A stretch of DNA of 64,000 nucleotides from a virus (taxonomy: Duplodnaviria; Caudoviricetes). The notes under the pieces are model-generated. The model was not told the DNA's origin, made no database searches, and was given only the letters and a program-made list of their open reading frames with translations. The stretch lies in IMG/VR virus record IMGVR_UViG_3300017913_001833, positions 64,001-128,000 of that record. One strand, 5' to 3'. Position numbers and translations under genes: made by a program. Shown in pieces: positions 8,724 to 17,471 of this stretch. Positions within the stretch are counted from its first letter, which is position 1; every line of letters begins with the position of its first letter.

Positions 8724-8729
8724 AAAGAG

Positions 8730-8766
8730 ATAAATATATGCGTATATAACTAAGGATTACGCATAT
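8730..8766 (+). promoter_or_regulatory. Late promoter core plus RBS/start-occluding hairpin
   Basis: ATAAATA at 8730-8736. ATATGCGTA (8736-8744) pairs with TACGCATAT (8758-8766), enclosing AAGGA and covering the AT of the ATG at 8765. Confidence 0.7.
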
Positions 8767-9052
8767 GAGTAGGCCAAAGCCCACCGTACTATTAGAAACA
8801 ATAGACAAGAAAACATATAAATCAGATCAAGTTTTAAAGGCTGAAGCTATCTGGGCAGTGTTTTACCAAGGTGCACCTTTTAATCTAAAAAGCAGTAACA
8901 TTTTAACAAACTATCCTGGACCTAAATATAAAAAAGTTAGTTTCTCTAACCCAGGACACGCCCTAAATTTAGCAAAAAAATTAAATGAAACATTTAGCAC
9001 TGATGAGTTTTCTGTGGTAAAACTTACAGAAGGCGAAACTGTTAAAGAATGA
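8765..9052 (+). CDS. Hypothetical phage protein (basic)
   Basis: MSRPKPTVLLE...YKKVSFSNPGHA; preceded by a late-promoter core. Confidence 0.8.
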   Translation: MSRPKPTVLLETIDKKTYKSDQVLKAEAIWAVFYQGAPFNLKSSNILTNYPGPKYKKVSFSNPGHALNLAKKLNETFSTDEFSVVKLTEGETVKE

Positions 9053-9432
9053 ACTGGAAAGAAACCTATACAAAAGTTTTCTTAAAACAAAAAGATATTG
9101 CAATAAGTGAAGTTACACTAAAGCAATATATGAGTAAATGGTGGCAAAATACCAGAGCAAAAGAAACAGGAGGATTGCGTCTTACAGATGCAGGATACCA
9201 ATTTGTGCGTGAAGAACTAGATTTAACAACATACGATATTCCTTTTCCAAAAGATTTTGAACTAACAACCAACACTATTATTTGGTTAGATCAATTTATC
9301 ACTTGTCCGTATTATCTTTTCCGTCATAGTATTGTTGTACTAGATGAAAGAAAAGCAATGGAATTGCACTTATTCAGTGGAGATATAACAAAGTACGGAC
9401 TTACAAAAGCAATGAATAGACATAAAAAATAA
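9049..9432 (+). CDS. Hypothetical phage protein
   Basis: 127 aa; ATGA overlap with the previous gene. Confidence 0.75.
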   Translation: MNWKETYTKVFLKQKDIAISEVTLKQYMSKWWQNTRAKETGGLRLTDAGYQFVREELDLTTYDIPFPKDFELTTNTIIWLDQFITCPYYLFRHSIVVLDERKAMELHLFSGDITKYGLTKAMNRHKK

Positions 9433-9442
9433 CCAAAAGTGG

Positions 9443-9471
9443 TTGACCTTTGTACTTATTGATAGTATATT
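9443..9471 (+). promoter_or_regulatory. Sigma70-like promoter
   Basis: TTGACC-17 nt-TATATT upstream of the AAA+ ATPase gene. Confidence 0.65.
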
Positions 9472-9520
9472 AATAGAGTAAGTTAAACATTAGCACTGAT
9501 TAACAAGAGAGGAATACACA

Positions 9521-10606
9521 ATGGAAGCAGTAGCAACACGCACAGTCTCGCCCAATAGAGCAAAAAAATCTATTCAAAGAGCTTTTAAGAAAAAACGTCC
9601 TATTTTTATTTGGGGTCCCCCAGGTATTGGTAAGTCAGATATTGTACACCAAATCGGTTACGGTATTGAAGCTCATGTAATTGACGTTCGTCTTTCACTT
9701 TGGGAACCTACAGATATTAAAGGTATCCCTTATTATGCCGCAAATGACAATAAAATGATGTGGGCGGCACCAGCAGAACTTCCAACTGCTGAAATGGCTA
9801 AGAAACATAAATGGATTATTTTGTTCTTAGACGAAATGAATTCTGCGGCGCCAGCAGTACAGGCGGCCGCTTACCAACTTATTCTAAATCGTAAAGTAGG
9901 GCAATACGTACTGCCAGACAATGTTCTTATTGTAGCGGCAGGTAATAGAGAAGCTGACAAAGGTGTTACTTATAGAATGCCTGCACCGTTGGCAAACCGT
10001 TTTGTACACTTGGAACTTGCAGTTGATTTTGATGACTGGTTTCAGTGGGCTGTAGATAACAACATCCACAAAGACGTTGTTGGTTATTTGCAGTTTAGCA
10101 AAAAAGACTTGTATGACTTTGATCCTAAGTCACCAAGTCGTTCGTTCGCAACACCTCGTTCATGGTCTTTTGTATCGGAACTGATCGAGGATGAGGACGA
10201 CGAAGAAACACTTACAGATCTTGTTTCAGGTTCTGTTGGTGAAGGATTAGGAGTGAAATTCATGGCGCACCGTAAAGTTGCCGCACAAATGCCTAACCCT
10301 ACTGACATTCTAGCTGGTAAGGTTAAAGAGCTTAAGGCAACGGAAATCAGTGCTATGTATTCCTTAACTGTCTCGCTTTGTTATGAGCTTAAAGAAGCAC
10401 ATGACAAAAATAGCTCGAAGTTCGATGACATGGTCAACAACTTTTTGCGTTTTGCGATGGACAACTTTGAAACTGAACTGGTTGTAATGGGTATCAAACT
10501 TGCTCTTACGCAATATGCTCTGCCTATTGATCCAGATGAAGTTGAGTGCTTCGATGAGTTTCACGAGCGTTTTGGCAAGTATATTACTGCCGCACAGAGC
10601 GCATAA
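9521..10606 (+). CDS. MoxR/dynein-related AAA+ ATPase
   Basis: Walker A GPPGIGKS, Walker B LFLDE, AAGN sensor 1, PLANRF arginine finger, ATPRSW sensor 2. Confidence 0.9.
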   Translation: MEAVATRTVSPNRAKKSIQRAFKKKRPIFIWGPPGIGKSDIVHQIGYGIEAHVIDVRLSLWEPTDIKGIPYYAANDNKMMWAAPAELPTAEMAKKHKWIILFLDEMNSAAPAVQAAAYQLILNRKVGQYVLPDNVLIVAAGNREADKGVTYRMPAPLANRFVHLELAVDFDDWFQWAVDNNIHKDVVGYLQFSKKDLYDFDPKSPSRSFATPRSWSFVSELIEDEDDEETLTDLVSGSVGEGLGVKFMAHRKVAAQMPNPTDILAGKVKELKATEISAMYSLTVSLCYELKEAHDKNSSKFDDMVNNFLRFAMDNFETELVVMGIKLALTQYALPIDPDEVECFDEFHERFGKYITAAQSA

Positions 10607-10617
10607 TCCTAAAGAGT

Positions 10618-10645
10618 TGGGCGATCTCTCCAAAACGCCCATTTT
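10618..10645 (+). terminator. Probable intrinsic terminator
   Basis: TGGGCG-12 nt loop-CGCCCA followed by TTTT, just after the ATPase stop. Confidence 0.55.
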
Positions 10646-10648
10646 CTC

Positions 10649-10677
10649 TTGACTTTTATCGTAAATAGTACTATATT
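10649..10677 (+). promoter_or_regulatory. Sigma70-like promoter
   Basis: TTGACT-17 nt-TATATT. Confidence 0.65.
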
Positions 10678-10709
10678 AGTAGTATAGAAACAGAGATAGG
10701 TAGCACACT

Positions 10710-12020
10710 ATGTCAGCAAAAGATACACAAACTAAACTAAAGCATTGGCAACCAGACCCAGATATTACGCAAGAACAACTTGAAGAAATGCGTGTCGAAG
10801 TTGTTGATCGTATTATCGTAGCAAGGGTAGGACTGTTACTACGCCATCCATGGTTTGGTAATATGGCAACACGTTTACGTATTGTTGCCGCTGACGATTG
10901 GTTAATGACTGCCGCAGTTGACGGGCGTAACTTATTTTTTAATACACAATTTTTCAATGCAATGTCTAACAAAGAAATTGAATTTGTTATTGCACATGAA
11001 ATCCTACATCTTGTATTTGATCATTTAGGACGTAGAGATAACCGTGATCCAATGTTGTATAATATCTCCGCGGATTATAAAGTAAACAATACACTTGTTC
11101 GTGACCGTATTGGCGAGAAGCCTAAGATTGTTGATTGTTTCCAAGACTTCAAATACGAGTCACATACTTCAGAAGAAATCTATGACGAATTGTACGAAAC
11201 TGCTAAAAAGAACGGCGAGCAGTTTTTGAAAGAACTTGGCGAACTGCTTGACGAACACTTAGACCCAGAAGGCGAAGAAGGTGAACAAGGTGCAGATCAA
11301 GATGGCAAAGACAAGAATGGCAACAATGTAAGCAAAGGCAAACCAAAGTATACCAAAGAAGAAATTGCAAAAATTAAAGACGAAGTTAAAGAAGGTATGA
11401 TGCAGGCGGCACAGAGCGCAGGCGCAGGTAACGTTCCTGCAGAAGTTGCACGTATCATTCAACAACTAACAGAACCTAAAATGAACTGGCGTGAATTGTT
11501 GCGTCAGCAGATCCAATCAACAATTAGAAATGACTATACATTTAGTCGTCCATCACGTAAAGGCTGGCACACAGGTGCAGTATTGCCAGGCATGAACTTT
11601 ATGGATACTATTGATATCTGTGTTGCAATTGACATGAGTGGTTCAATTGGCGACGATCAAGCAAAAGATTTCTTAGGCGAAGTTAAAGGTATTATGCAAG
11701 AGTTCAAAGACTACAATATTAAACTTTGGACTTTTGATACTAATGTTTACAATGAAGAAGACTTTAGTGCAGATGACGGTAAAGATCTGTTAGACTATGA
11801 AGTATTTGGCGGTGGCGGAACTGACTTTGATTGTAACTGGAATTACATGAAAGATCAGAACATTACTCCTAAAAAGTTTCTTATGTTTACAGATGGCTAT
11901 CCATGGCAGAGTTGGGGTGATGAAAATTATTGTGATACTATCTTTGTTATCCACAGTAATCATGATAAAAACTTAGAAGCACCATTTGGGATTACAGCTC
12001 ATTACGATAAAGCGGCATGA
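10710..12020 (+). CDS. Metallopeptidase (HExxH)-vWA domain protein (DUF2201-like), MoxR partner
   Basis: TAAVDG, AHEILH zinc motif, C-terminal MIDAS DMSGS...GGGGTDF...FTDG. Confidence 0.85.
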   Translation: MSAKDTQTKLKHWQPDPDITQEQLEEMRVEVVDRIIVARVGLLLRHPWFGNMATRLRIVAADDWLMTAAVDGRNLFFNTQFFNAMSNKEIEFVIAHEILHLVFDHLGRRDNRDPMLYNISADYKVNNTLVRDRIGEKPKIVDCFQDFKYESHTSEEIYDELYETAKKNGEQFLKELGELLDEHLDPEGEEGEQGADQDGKDKNGNNVSKGKPKYTKEEIAKIKDEVKEGMMQAAQSAGAGNVPAEVARIIQQLTEPKMNWRELLRQQIQSTIRNDYTFSRPSRKGWHTGAVLPGMNFMDTIDICVAIDMSGSIGDDQAKDFLGEVKGIMQEFKDYNIKLWTFDTNVYNEEDFSADDGKDLLDYEVFGGGGTDFDCNWNYMKDQNITPKKFLMFTDGYPWQSWGDENYCDTIFVIHSNHDKNLEAPFGITAHYDKAA

Positions 12021-12295
12021 TTAAAGATAAACCAAACGCATTGAATTTTTTTGATATACGTAAAATGAAGGTGCCGCCACCTCATTTTGAATATATGGTG
12101 ATTCCGCAGAAGTATAATTTAGAAACTAGCCTTGATAAATGGATTAAAAGTCATTTAAAAGGCAGATATTATCTAGGCACAACTATAGCAGTTGGACATG
12201 TAAATGGCCTAGATACTAGGCTCAAAGTGGGGTTTGAAGACGCAAAAGAACTCAGTTATTTCACTTTGGCATGTCCACTTTTGAAGTACAATTAA
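12017..12295 (+). CDS. Hypothetical protein
   Basis: 92 aa; ATGA overlap. Confidence 0.7.
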   Translation: MIKDKPNALNFFDIRKMKVPPPHFEYMVIPQKYNLETSLDKWIKSHLKGRYYLGTTIAVGHVNGLDTRLKVGFEDAKELSYFTLACPLLKYN

Positions 12296-12330
12296 ATAAT
12301 ATACACATATATAAAGTATAGGAGTTACTT

Positions 12331-12585
12331 ATGGCAGAAGAAACTATTGAGAAGGCAGCTGAACAAAAACAAGCAGCACCTGCTCAACCAGAACAAAACG
12401 GTATGGATCTCACCGTAAATGATCTTAATAACATCAAACAAATCATTGATGTTGCAAGTTCACGTGGTGCATTCCGTCCAAACGAAATGATGACTATTGG
12501 ACAAGTGTATAACAAACTTGAAACATTCTTGGGAACAGTAGCGCAACAACAGCAACAAGCACAACCTACTGCAAAAGGAGAGTAG
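12331..12585 (+). CDS. Hypothetical phage protein
   Basis: AGGAG RBS; IIDVASSRGAF motif. Confidence 0.75.
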   Translation: MAEETIEKAAEQKQAAPAQPEQNGMDLTVNDLNNIKQIIDVASSRGAFRPNEMMTIGQVYNKLETFLGTVAQQQQQAQPTAKGE

Positions 12586-12586
12586 A

Positions 12587-13213
12587 ATGGCGTTAAAACA
12601 CGTTGGTCGTATCAAAGATACGAAAAAGAAATGTGCTGTAGTTTATAGGGTCGTACCCGGTGAACCAAACAGTGCAGTCATTGTTATGACAGAAAGTCTT
12701 GCCGCAGAAGAGCATGATTCACTTATTAATTTAATTGAATCGCCTGCAGGACAAGATGCATATGAGCTTGGAGAAGCTATGGCAAGAGCAACACTACCTG
12801 ATGGTAGAGTAATGCTTGCGGCTTTCCATGCAACAGGCAAAATGAATAAAGTAAATGCAGATAGAATTGAAATGATTCCTAATGCATCAACTACTATTTC
12901 ATTAGATTCATTAAACAGAAGCATCGCAGAACAACGCGGTGTAAGTGTAGCAGATCTTGCACTTAAAGGACCAGACGGAGAAACAGTTCCGGATCAGACA
13001 CCTGAAAAGGTAGATGCAACTGCAATGTACGGTGGTGAAACAACTACACAGGCAGCTGATGACGGTGTACTAAGCGATGAGCAATTAGCAGCATCATACC
13101 GCAGTCAAGCGGATAGGCTTTTCAAGGAAGCAAAGGCCCTACGTGAACAAGCAGAAGAGCTAGTTCCGACTAAGCGTAAGAAAGCCACTGCTGATGCCAC
13201 CCAAGAAGGATAA
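12587..13213 (+). CDS. Hypothetical phage protein
   Basis: AGGAG RBS; MALKHVGR...; C-terminal coiled coil. Confidence 0.75.
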   Translation: MALKHVGRIKDTKKKCAVVYRVVPGEPNSAVIVMTESLAAEEHDSLINLIESPAGQDAYELGEAMARATLPDGRVMLAAFHATGKMNKVNADRIEMIPNASTTISLDSLNRSIAEQRGVSVADLALKGPDGETVPDQTPEKVDATAMYGGETTTQAADDGVLSDEQLAASYRSQADRLFKEAKALREQAEELVPTKRKKATADATQEG

Positions 13214-13514
13214 ACTTTCTAAAGGTGTACAAAATACATGGCCGGAAGTACTTGGTGATATCAAAGTAGATGTTATCCCCTTACAGTACCTTATAAGCGT
13301 TAGAGTAAGTTTCAAAGATAAAAAAATCTGGGAAATCGACATGCAATCATCACGAAAGAAACTAGGTGATGATGGAAAATTAGAAGATGTACTAGAAGAG
13401 CTATTTGAAGAATACAATGACGCTATTGAGCATATTGACTTTAGATTAGATACAGAACGCCTAAAAAATGACGTACAAAGGCGTACTAGATCATTTATGA
13501 AGAAAGGCAAATGA
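13194..13514 (+). CDS. Hypothetical protein
   Basis: 106-aa ORF overlapping the previous gene. Confidence 0.7.
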   Translation: MPPKKDKLSKGVQNTWPEVLGDIKVDVIPLQYLISVRVSFKDKKIWEIDMQSSRKKLGDDGKLEDVLEELFEEYNDAIEHIDFRLDTERLKNDVQRRTRSFMKKGK

Positions 13515-13525
13515 TTCCTAAAGGC

Positions 13526-13532
13526 ATAAATA
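13526..13532 (+). promoter_or_regulatory. Late promoter core ATAAATA
   Basis: Lies upstream of the fibre-like gene, which has an AGGAG RBS. Confidence 0.6.
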
Positions 13533-13563
13533 TACATAGTAGAACGAATCCAGGAGTATATAA

Positions 13564-14748
13564 ATGGCTTTACAGATAAGACGTGGTAGCGACGTAGATA
13601 GACAGGGTATTACACCTAAAGCAGGTGAACCAATCTTTACAACTGATACTAAAAAGTTGTACATAGGCGATGGTACAACTGTTGGTGGTATAATTGTTGA
13701 TACCACTGCTGGACTTACAAACATTGTTGAAGACACAACACCGCAACTAGGTGGTAACTTAGATCTAAACAATAACACTATTAACGGTTCTGGTAACATT
13801 ACCATTACTGGACAAATTTCTGCTACTAGCATTGACTTAAAAGGTTCTATATTTGCTGATGATTCTGCTCTACTAGTTGATGGTATAAATGGACGTATTG
13901 TTGGTCCAGTATTTGCAAACGTAACAGGAGATGTTACAGGAAACCTTACTGGTGATGTTACAGGAGATGTTACAGGAGATGTTACAGGTACGCTAACTGG
14001 TGATATGTCAGGAAGCGTTTTTGCTGATGACAGTACAGTTCTTGTTGATGCTGTATCAGGAACAATTACAGCACCTGTTAACACAACTGGTAATGTTGAA
14101 ACCACAGCTGCCGTTACAGCTGGAACAATAAGATTAAATCCTCCAGGACTAGACCATACTATTGCTGTTCACGACACAAGTGCAACACAAATGACTCTTA
14201 CAACATTTAACACTTCAGGTGAAGTTGTATCAGCTCGTCCTTTTAGAATTGGTGGTACAAGCGGCACAATTAGTGAAGGAACACTGAAAGTATTCAATGC
14301 TAACGGAAATGTTGCTCTTGTAGATTTGTTTGATTATGCAAATGATGCTACTGCCGGTCTTGTTATGCATAGCAAATCAAGAGGAACAAAAGCAAGTCCA
14401 ACTGCTGTGCAAGATGCAGATGCATTAGGTTCATTCTTAGCAAATGGATATAACGGTGCAAACTATAGACTAGCAGGTGGAGTGTCAGTACAAGTAGACG
14501 GAACACCAGCTGCAAACTATATTCCAGCAAAAGTTGTTTTATTAACTAGTAACAGTAGTGGTTCAAGCACTGTGCAATTTAGTGTTGACAAAGATGGTAT
14601 TGCAGAATTTAATGGTCCTGCACAACTTAAAAGCTATGACACATCAGGAAGAGACGGCGTTTCAGCAGTCAACGGCATGATGATTTACAATAGCGACACA
14701 GACAAAGTCCAAGCCTATGCAGGCGGTTCTTGGGTAGACTTACATTAA
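13564..14748 (+). CDS. Virion fibre/spike-like protein (Mtd/hyaluronidase-type N-terminus)
   Basis: MALQIRRG...GEPIFTTDTKKLYIGDG N-terminus; DTTPQLGGNLD; VTGD repeats; Gly/Thr-rich; ends GMMIYNSDT...WVDLH. Confidence 0.75.
   Translation: MALQIRRGSDVDRQGITPKAGEPIFTTDTKKLYIGDGTTVGGIIVDTTAGLTNIVEDTTPQLGGNLDLNNNTINGSGNITITGQISATSIDLKGSIFADDSALLVDGINGRIVGPVFANVTGDVTGNLTGDVTGDVTGDVTGTLTGDMSGSVFADDSTVLVDAVSGTITAPVNTTGNVETTAAVTAGTIRLNPPGLDHTIAVHDTSATQMTLTTFNTSGEVVSARPFRIGGTSGTISEGTLKVFNANGNVALVDLFDYANDATAGLVMHSKSRGTKASPTAVQDADALGSFLANGYNGANYRLAGGVSVQVDGTPAANYIPAKVVLLTSNSSGSSTVQFSVDKDGIAEFNGPAQLKSYDTSGRDGVSAVNGMMIYNSDTDKVQAYAGGSWVDLH
13921..14004 (+). repeat. Imperfect 12-bp coding tandem repeat (GTTACAGGAGAT; V/L-T-G-D/N x7)
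   Basis: Visible directly in both DNA and protein. Confidence 0.8.
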
Positions 14749-14760
14749 TCCAAAAAACGG

Positions 14761-14789
14761 TTGACGATTTTTCCATTCTATAGTATACT
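14761..14789 (+). promoter_or_regulatory. Sigma70-like promoter, probably giving a leaderless panD transcript
   Basis: TTGACG-17 nt-TATACT; ATG follows 6 nt after the -10 box; no SD. Confidence 0.7.
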
Positions 14790-14795
14790 ATAAGT

Positions 14796-15149
14796 ATGAA
14801 AGAATATGTGCAGTCTAAACTTCACAACATAAATGTAACATCTAAAGCACTTGACTATCATGGCAGTGTTACAGTTTGTAGTGAATTATTAGAAAAATCT
14901 AAAATTGATGCTTATCAAAAAGTAGATGTTGTAAATTTAAACACTGGCAACAGATGGACAACATATGCTGTTCCAGGTTCTAAAGGCAGTTTTGAACTCA
15001 ATGGTGGAGGTGCTCGGCTAGGAGAAATAGGCGACAAGTGTGTTGTGATAGCCTATCAGAGTGCTAATCAGTTCCCAGGTGCTAGTGTAATTTTCTGCGA
15101 TAAGTACAATCATATAGAGTCAACATTAGATTACCCTCAGGAGAAGTAA
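14796..15149 (+). CDS. panD: Aspartate 1-decarboxylase (pyruvoyl-dependent)
   Basis: SKLH, Y-H-G|S-V-T self-cleavage site, NR-W-TTY (Arg/Thr/Tyr active-site residues), LNGGGAR, GD..VIAY. Confidence 0.88.
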   Translation: MKEYVQSKLHNINVTSKALDYHGSVTVCSELLEKSKIDAYQKVDVVNLNTGNRWTTYAVPGSKGSFELNGGGARLGEIGDKCVVIAYQSANQFPGASVIFCDKYNHIESTLDYPQEK

Positions 15150-16082
15150 ATGAAATTAAATAAAATAGAAGGTTTTGGTAACCTCGGTGTTAAAATAAGT
15201 GATATTGATCTTAACACAGCATCTGATGAAGAGTTGATGGAAGTAGGACATGAAGTTCTTCATAAACTAGTTGTAGTAGTGGATAAAGAATGTGCAAATG
15301 TGCCTGTAGAAAGATTTCACTATATACAAACTCTTTGGGGTGACCCTGTAAGATCATATGCAAGTGATAGACTGAAAGAGCGTGTAGAAAAAGAGGGTTG
15401 GAGCAAACTATATCTCGAAACAGCAAAAGACATGAAAGCAATGACTAAAGATCTAAATCATTTGCCAGGCATGATAAGAGTTACAGGCATCAAAGATGAC
15501 AAGGGAAATCGCACTGGAATGTTTGCTGATGGTGAACTAGATTGGCATAGTAATCAACAAAGTGATAATGATGGACATGCTCCTTTAATTGGATTACAAG
15601 GTGTTGAAGGCACATCAGGATCTAGCACAGAATTTTTGCAAACAGTAGATGCATTTAATGAATTAGATAGCGACACTCAAAGTGAAGTTGATCAATTAAT
15701 TGCAATACACAAGTTTGAAAAAGATCGTGTTAGTAGAGGTACAAGTGATTCACAAGCACTTATTACAAATCTACAACTTGTACCAGAAGATAATGTTGAA
15801 ATGAAAGTTACAGTGAAAGCACCTAATGGCGTAAAAGGTATGCATTTTCCATGGACAAGTATTGTAGGCTTTAAAGATTACACACAAGAAGAATTTGAAA
15901 AACTATATAACTATCTTGTAGAACACCTATGGCAAGACAAATACGTTTATAAACATCAGTGGCAAGATGGTGATATTGTATGGATGGATCAGATAGTAAC
16001 ATTACATAGACGTCCTGGTAACGATACAAGCACAAGACTATTACACAGAATGTGTAGTAACTGGAGCAAAATGAGTGTATAA
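15150..16082 (+). CDS. TauD/TfdA-family Fe(II)/2OG dioxygenase with non-canonical HxN
   Basis: GVKISDIDL, LDWHSNQ, GSSTEF, HQWQDGDIVWMDQIVTLHRR, RLLHR. Confidence 0.8.
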   Translation: MKLNKIEGFGNLGVKISDIDLNTASDEELMEVGHEVLHKLVVVVDKECANVPVERFHYIQTLWGDPVRSYASDRLKERVEKEGWSKLYLETAKDMKAMTKDLNHLPGMIRVTGIKDDKGNRTGMFADGELDWHSNQQSDNDGHAPLIGLQGVEGTSGSSTEFLQTVDAFNELDSDTQSEVDQLIAIHKFEKDRVSRGTSDSQALITNLQLVPEDNVEMKVTVKAPNGVKGMHFPWTSIVGFKDYTQEEFEKLYNYLVEHLWQDKYVYKHQWQDGDIVWMDQIVTLHRRPGNDTSTRLLHRMCSNWSKMSV

Positions 16083-16770
16083 GATAAAGTTAGATGAAAC
16101 ATGGCATGTAAATTTACTTGACAAATTATTAGAACACGGACTAATAATTGTAAAATGCAATGCAAGTGTTTCTCTAGACGACTTTAAATTATTAGGTAAA
16201 AGATTAGGCAAGCCTTTAATTGCAAAAAAACATACACTAGATGAAGATAGACATGTACAGTATGTAAGTGACAAAGGTTTGTTTAGCAATGATGATGTTG
16301 ATTGGCATAACGACTGGAGTTACGGTGAAGGAAATTATTTCGGTACAATGTTATACAACAATAAGAATGGTCATTTAAGTACAACTGATTTTATTGATAT
16401 GCGTAAAGCATATGATGACTATCCTGATAAAGAATTTTTACATAGAACAGAAGGAACTTACTTTCCCCCACAATATTTACACGAAACTTGCTTTACACCT
16501 AGAATGTTAAAAATTTTAGAAAAAGCAAAAGTAACAAGGAAGTTTGCACATTTACATCATGCTACAGGTGATCACGTTATGTATATTTCTCCAGGTACAT
16601 TACAGAATGACATAGATGTAAATAGTTTAGTTGAACATTGTGAAAAAGACATATACGAACATCACTGGCAAAGCAATGATATTTTAATTTATGATAATAT
16701 TAGATATATGCATAGACGGCATGCATTTGAGGGAGAAAGAGAATTATGGCGAACCCAATTCTGGATCTAA
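16075..16770 (+). CDS. TauD/TfdA-family Fe(II)/2OG dioxygenase
   Basis: DWHND, TDFIDMRKAY, HHWQSNDILIYDNIRYMHRR, RELWR. Confidence 0.82.
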   Translation: MYKIKLDETWHVNLLDKLLEHGLIIVKCNASVSLDDFKLLGKRLGKPLIAKKHTLDEDRHVQYVSDKGLFSNDDVDWHNDWSYGEGNYFGTMLYNNKNGHLSTTDFIDMRKAYDDYPDKEFLHRTEGTYFPPQYLHETCFTPRMLKILEKAKVTRKFAHLHHATGDHVMYISPGTLQNDIDVNSLVEHCEKDIYEHHWQSNDILIYDNIRYMHRRHAFEGERELWRTQFWI

Positions 16771-17471
16771 GCACTAATTTTAAATTACGTTCTATTTTAT
16801 TGTTTAATCATTTACTAGCCATTTATGCGCTAATATATCATTTTAACTTTGGGCTACTTGCTCTATCATATCTATTAGGTTTCTTGCTAGGAGGTATAGG
16901 TATAAGCATAGGATATCATAGATACTTTGCACACTATAGTTTTAAGACAAACAAATTTTACAAATTAGTGTTAACTGCAATAGGACATTTTTGTTCTGTA
17001 GGTAGTGCAATTACGTGGGTTGGTATACACAGAGATCATCATGCTCATAGTGATACAAAAGAAGACCCTCACAGTCCTATATACAATGGTTGGTTAAGAA
17101 CACTAGTGCATGTATGGGAAAAGAATACGATTAATCCAATATATGTAAGACATTTGTTAAAAGATAAAACACTAAAATTTCAGCATAGATATTACTTTCA
17201 TATTTTGCTAGGAGCAATAATAATCAGTTTGTTATTGTTAGGACCAGTAACTACAGCATACATTTATAGTATTCCTGCTATTCATGTATTCTACGCAACA
17301 GGAATTGTTAATAGTATTAACCATTGGGGCGGGAAACCAAACAACATTCCTTTACTAAACATTTTTACGAGCGGCGAAAGTTATCATGCTAATCATCATG
17401 ATAATGTTGCCAATTGGCGCTTTGGATCGTTTGATCCGATGGCTCCTATTATAAGGTTAATCAAAGAATGA
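16746..17471 (+). CDS. Membrane fatty-acid desaturase (delta-9/DesC-like)
   Basis: His boxes HRYFAH, HRDHH, HANHH; DPHSP; NSINH; hydrophobic segments. Confidence 0.88.
   Translation: MANPILDLSTNFKLRSILLFNHLLAIYALIYHFNFGLLALSYLLGFLLGGIGISIGYHRYFAHYSFKTNKFYKLVLTAIGHFCSVGSAITWVGIHRDHHAHSDTKEDPHSPIYNGWLRTLVHVWEKNTINPIYVRHLLKDKTLKFQHRYYFHILLGAIIISLLLLGPVTTAYIYSIPAIHVFYATGIVNSINHWGGKPNNIPLLNIFTSGESYHANHHDNVANWRFGSFDPMAPIIRLIKE

Noticed and set aside
13921-14004. Short direct repeats as a possible CRISPR array or DGR repeat
   Set aside because: They are 12-bp in-frame coding repeats without spacers, and no cas or reverse transcriptase gene is in the window.
13518-14105. 195-aa antisense ORF with PVTS repeats; likewise 51377-51958, 52756-53229 and 53515-53865
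   Set aside because: These are antisense shadows of Gly/Thr/Val-rich virion genes.
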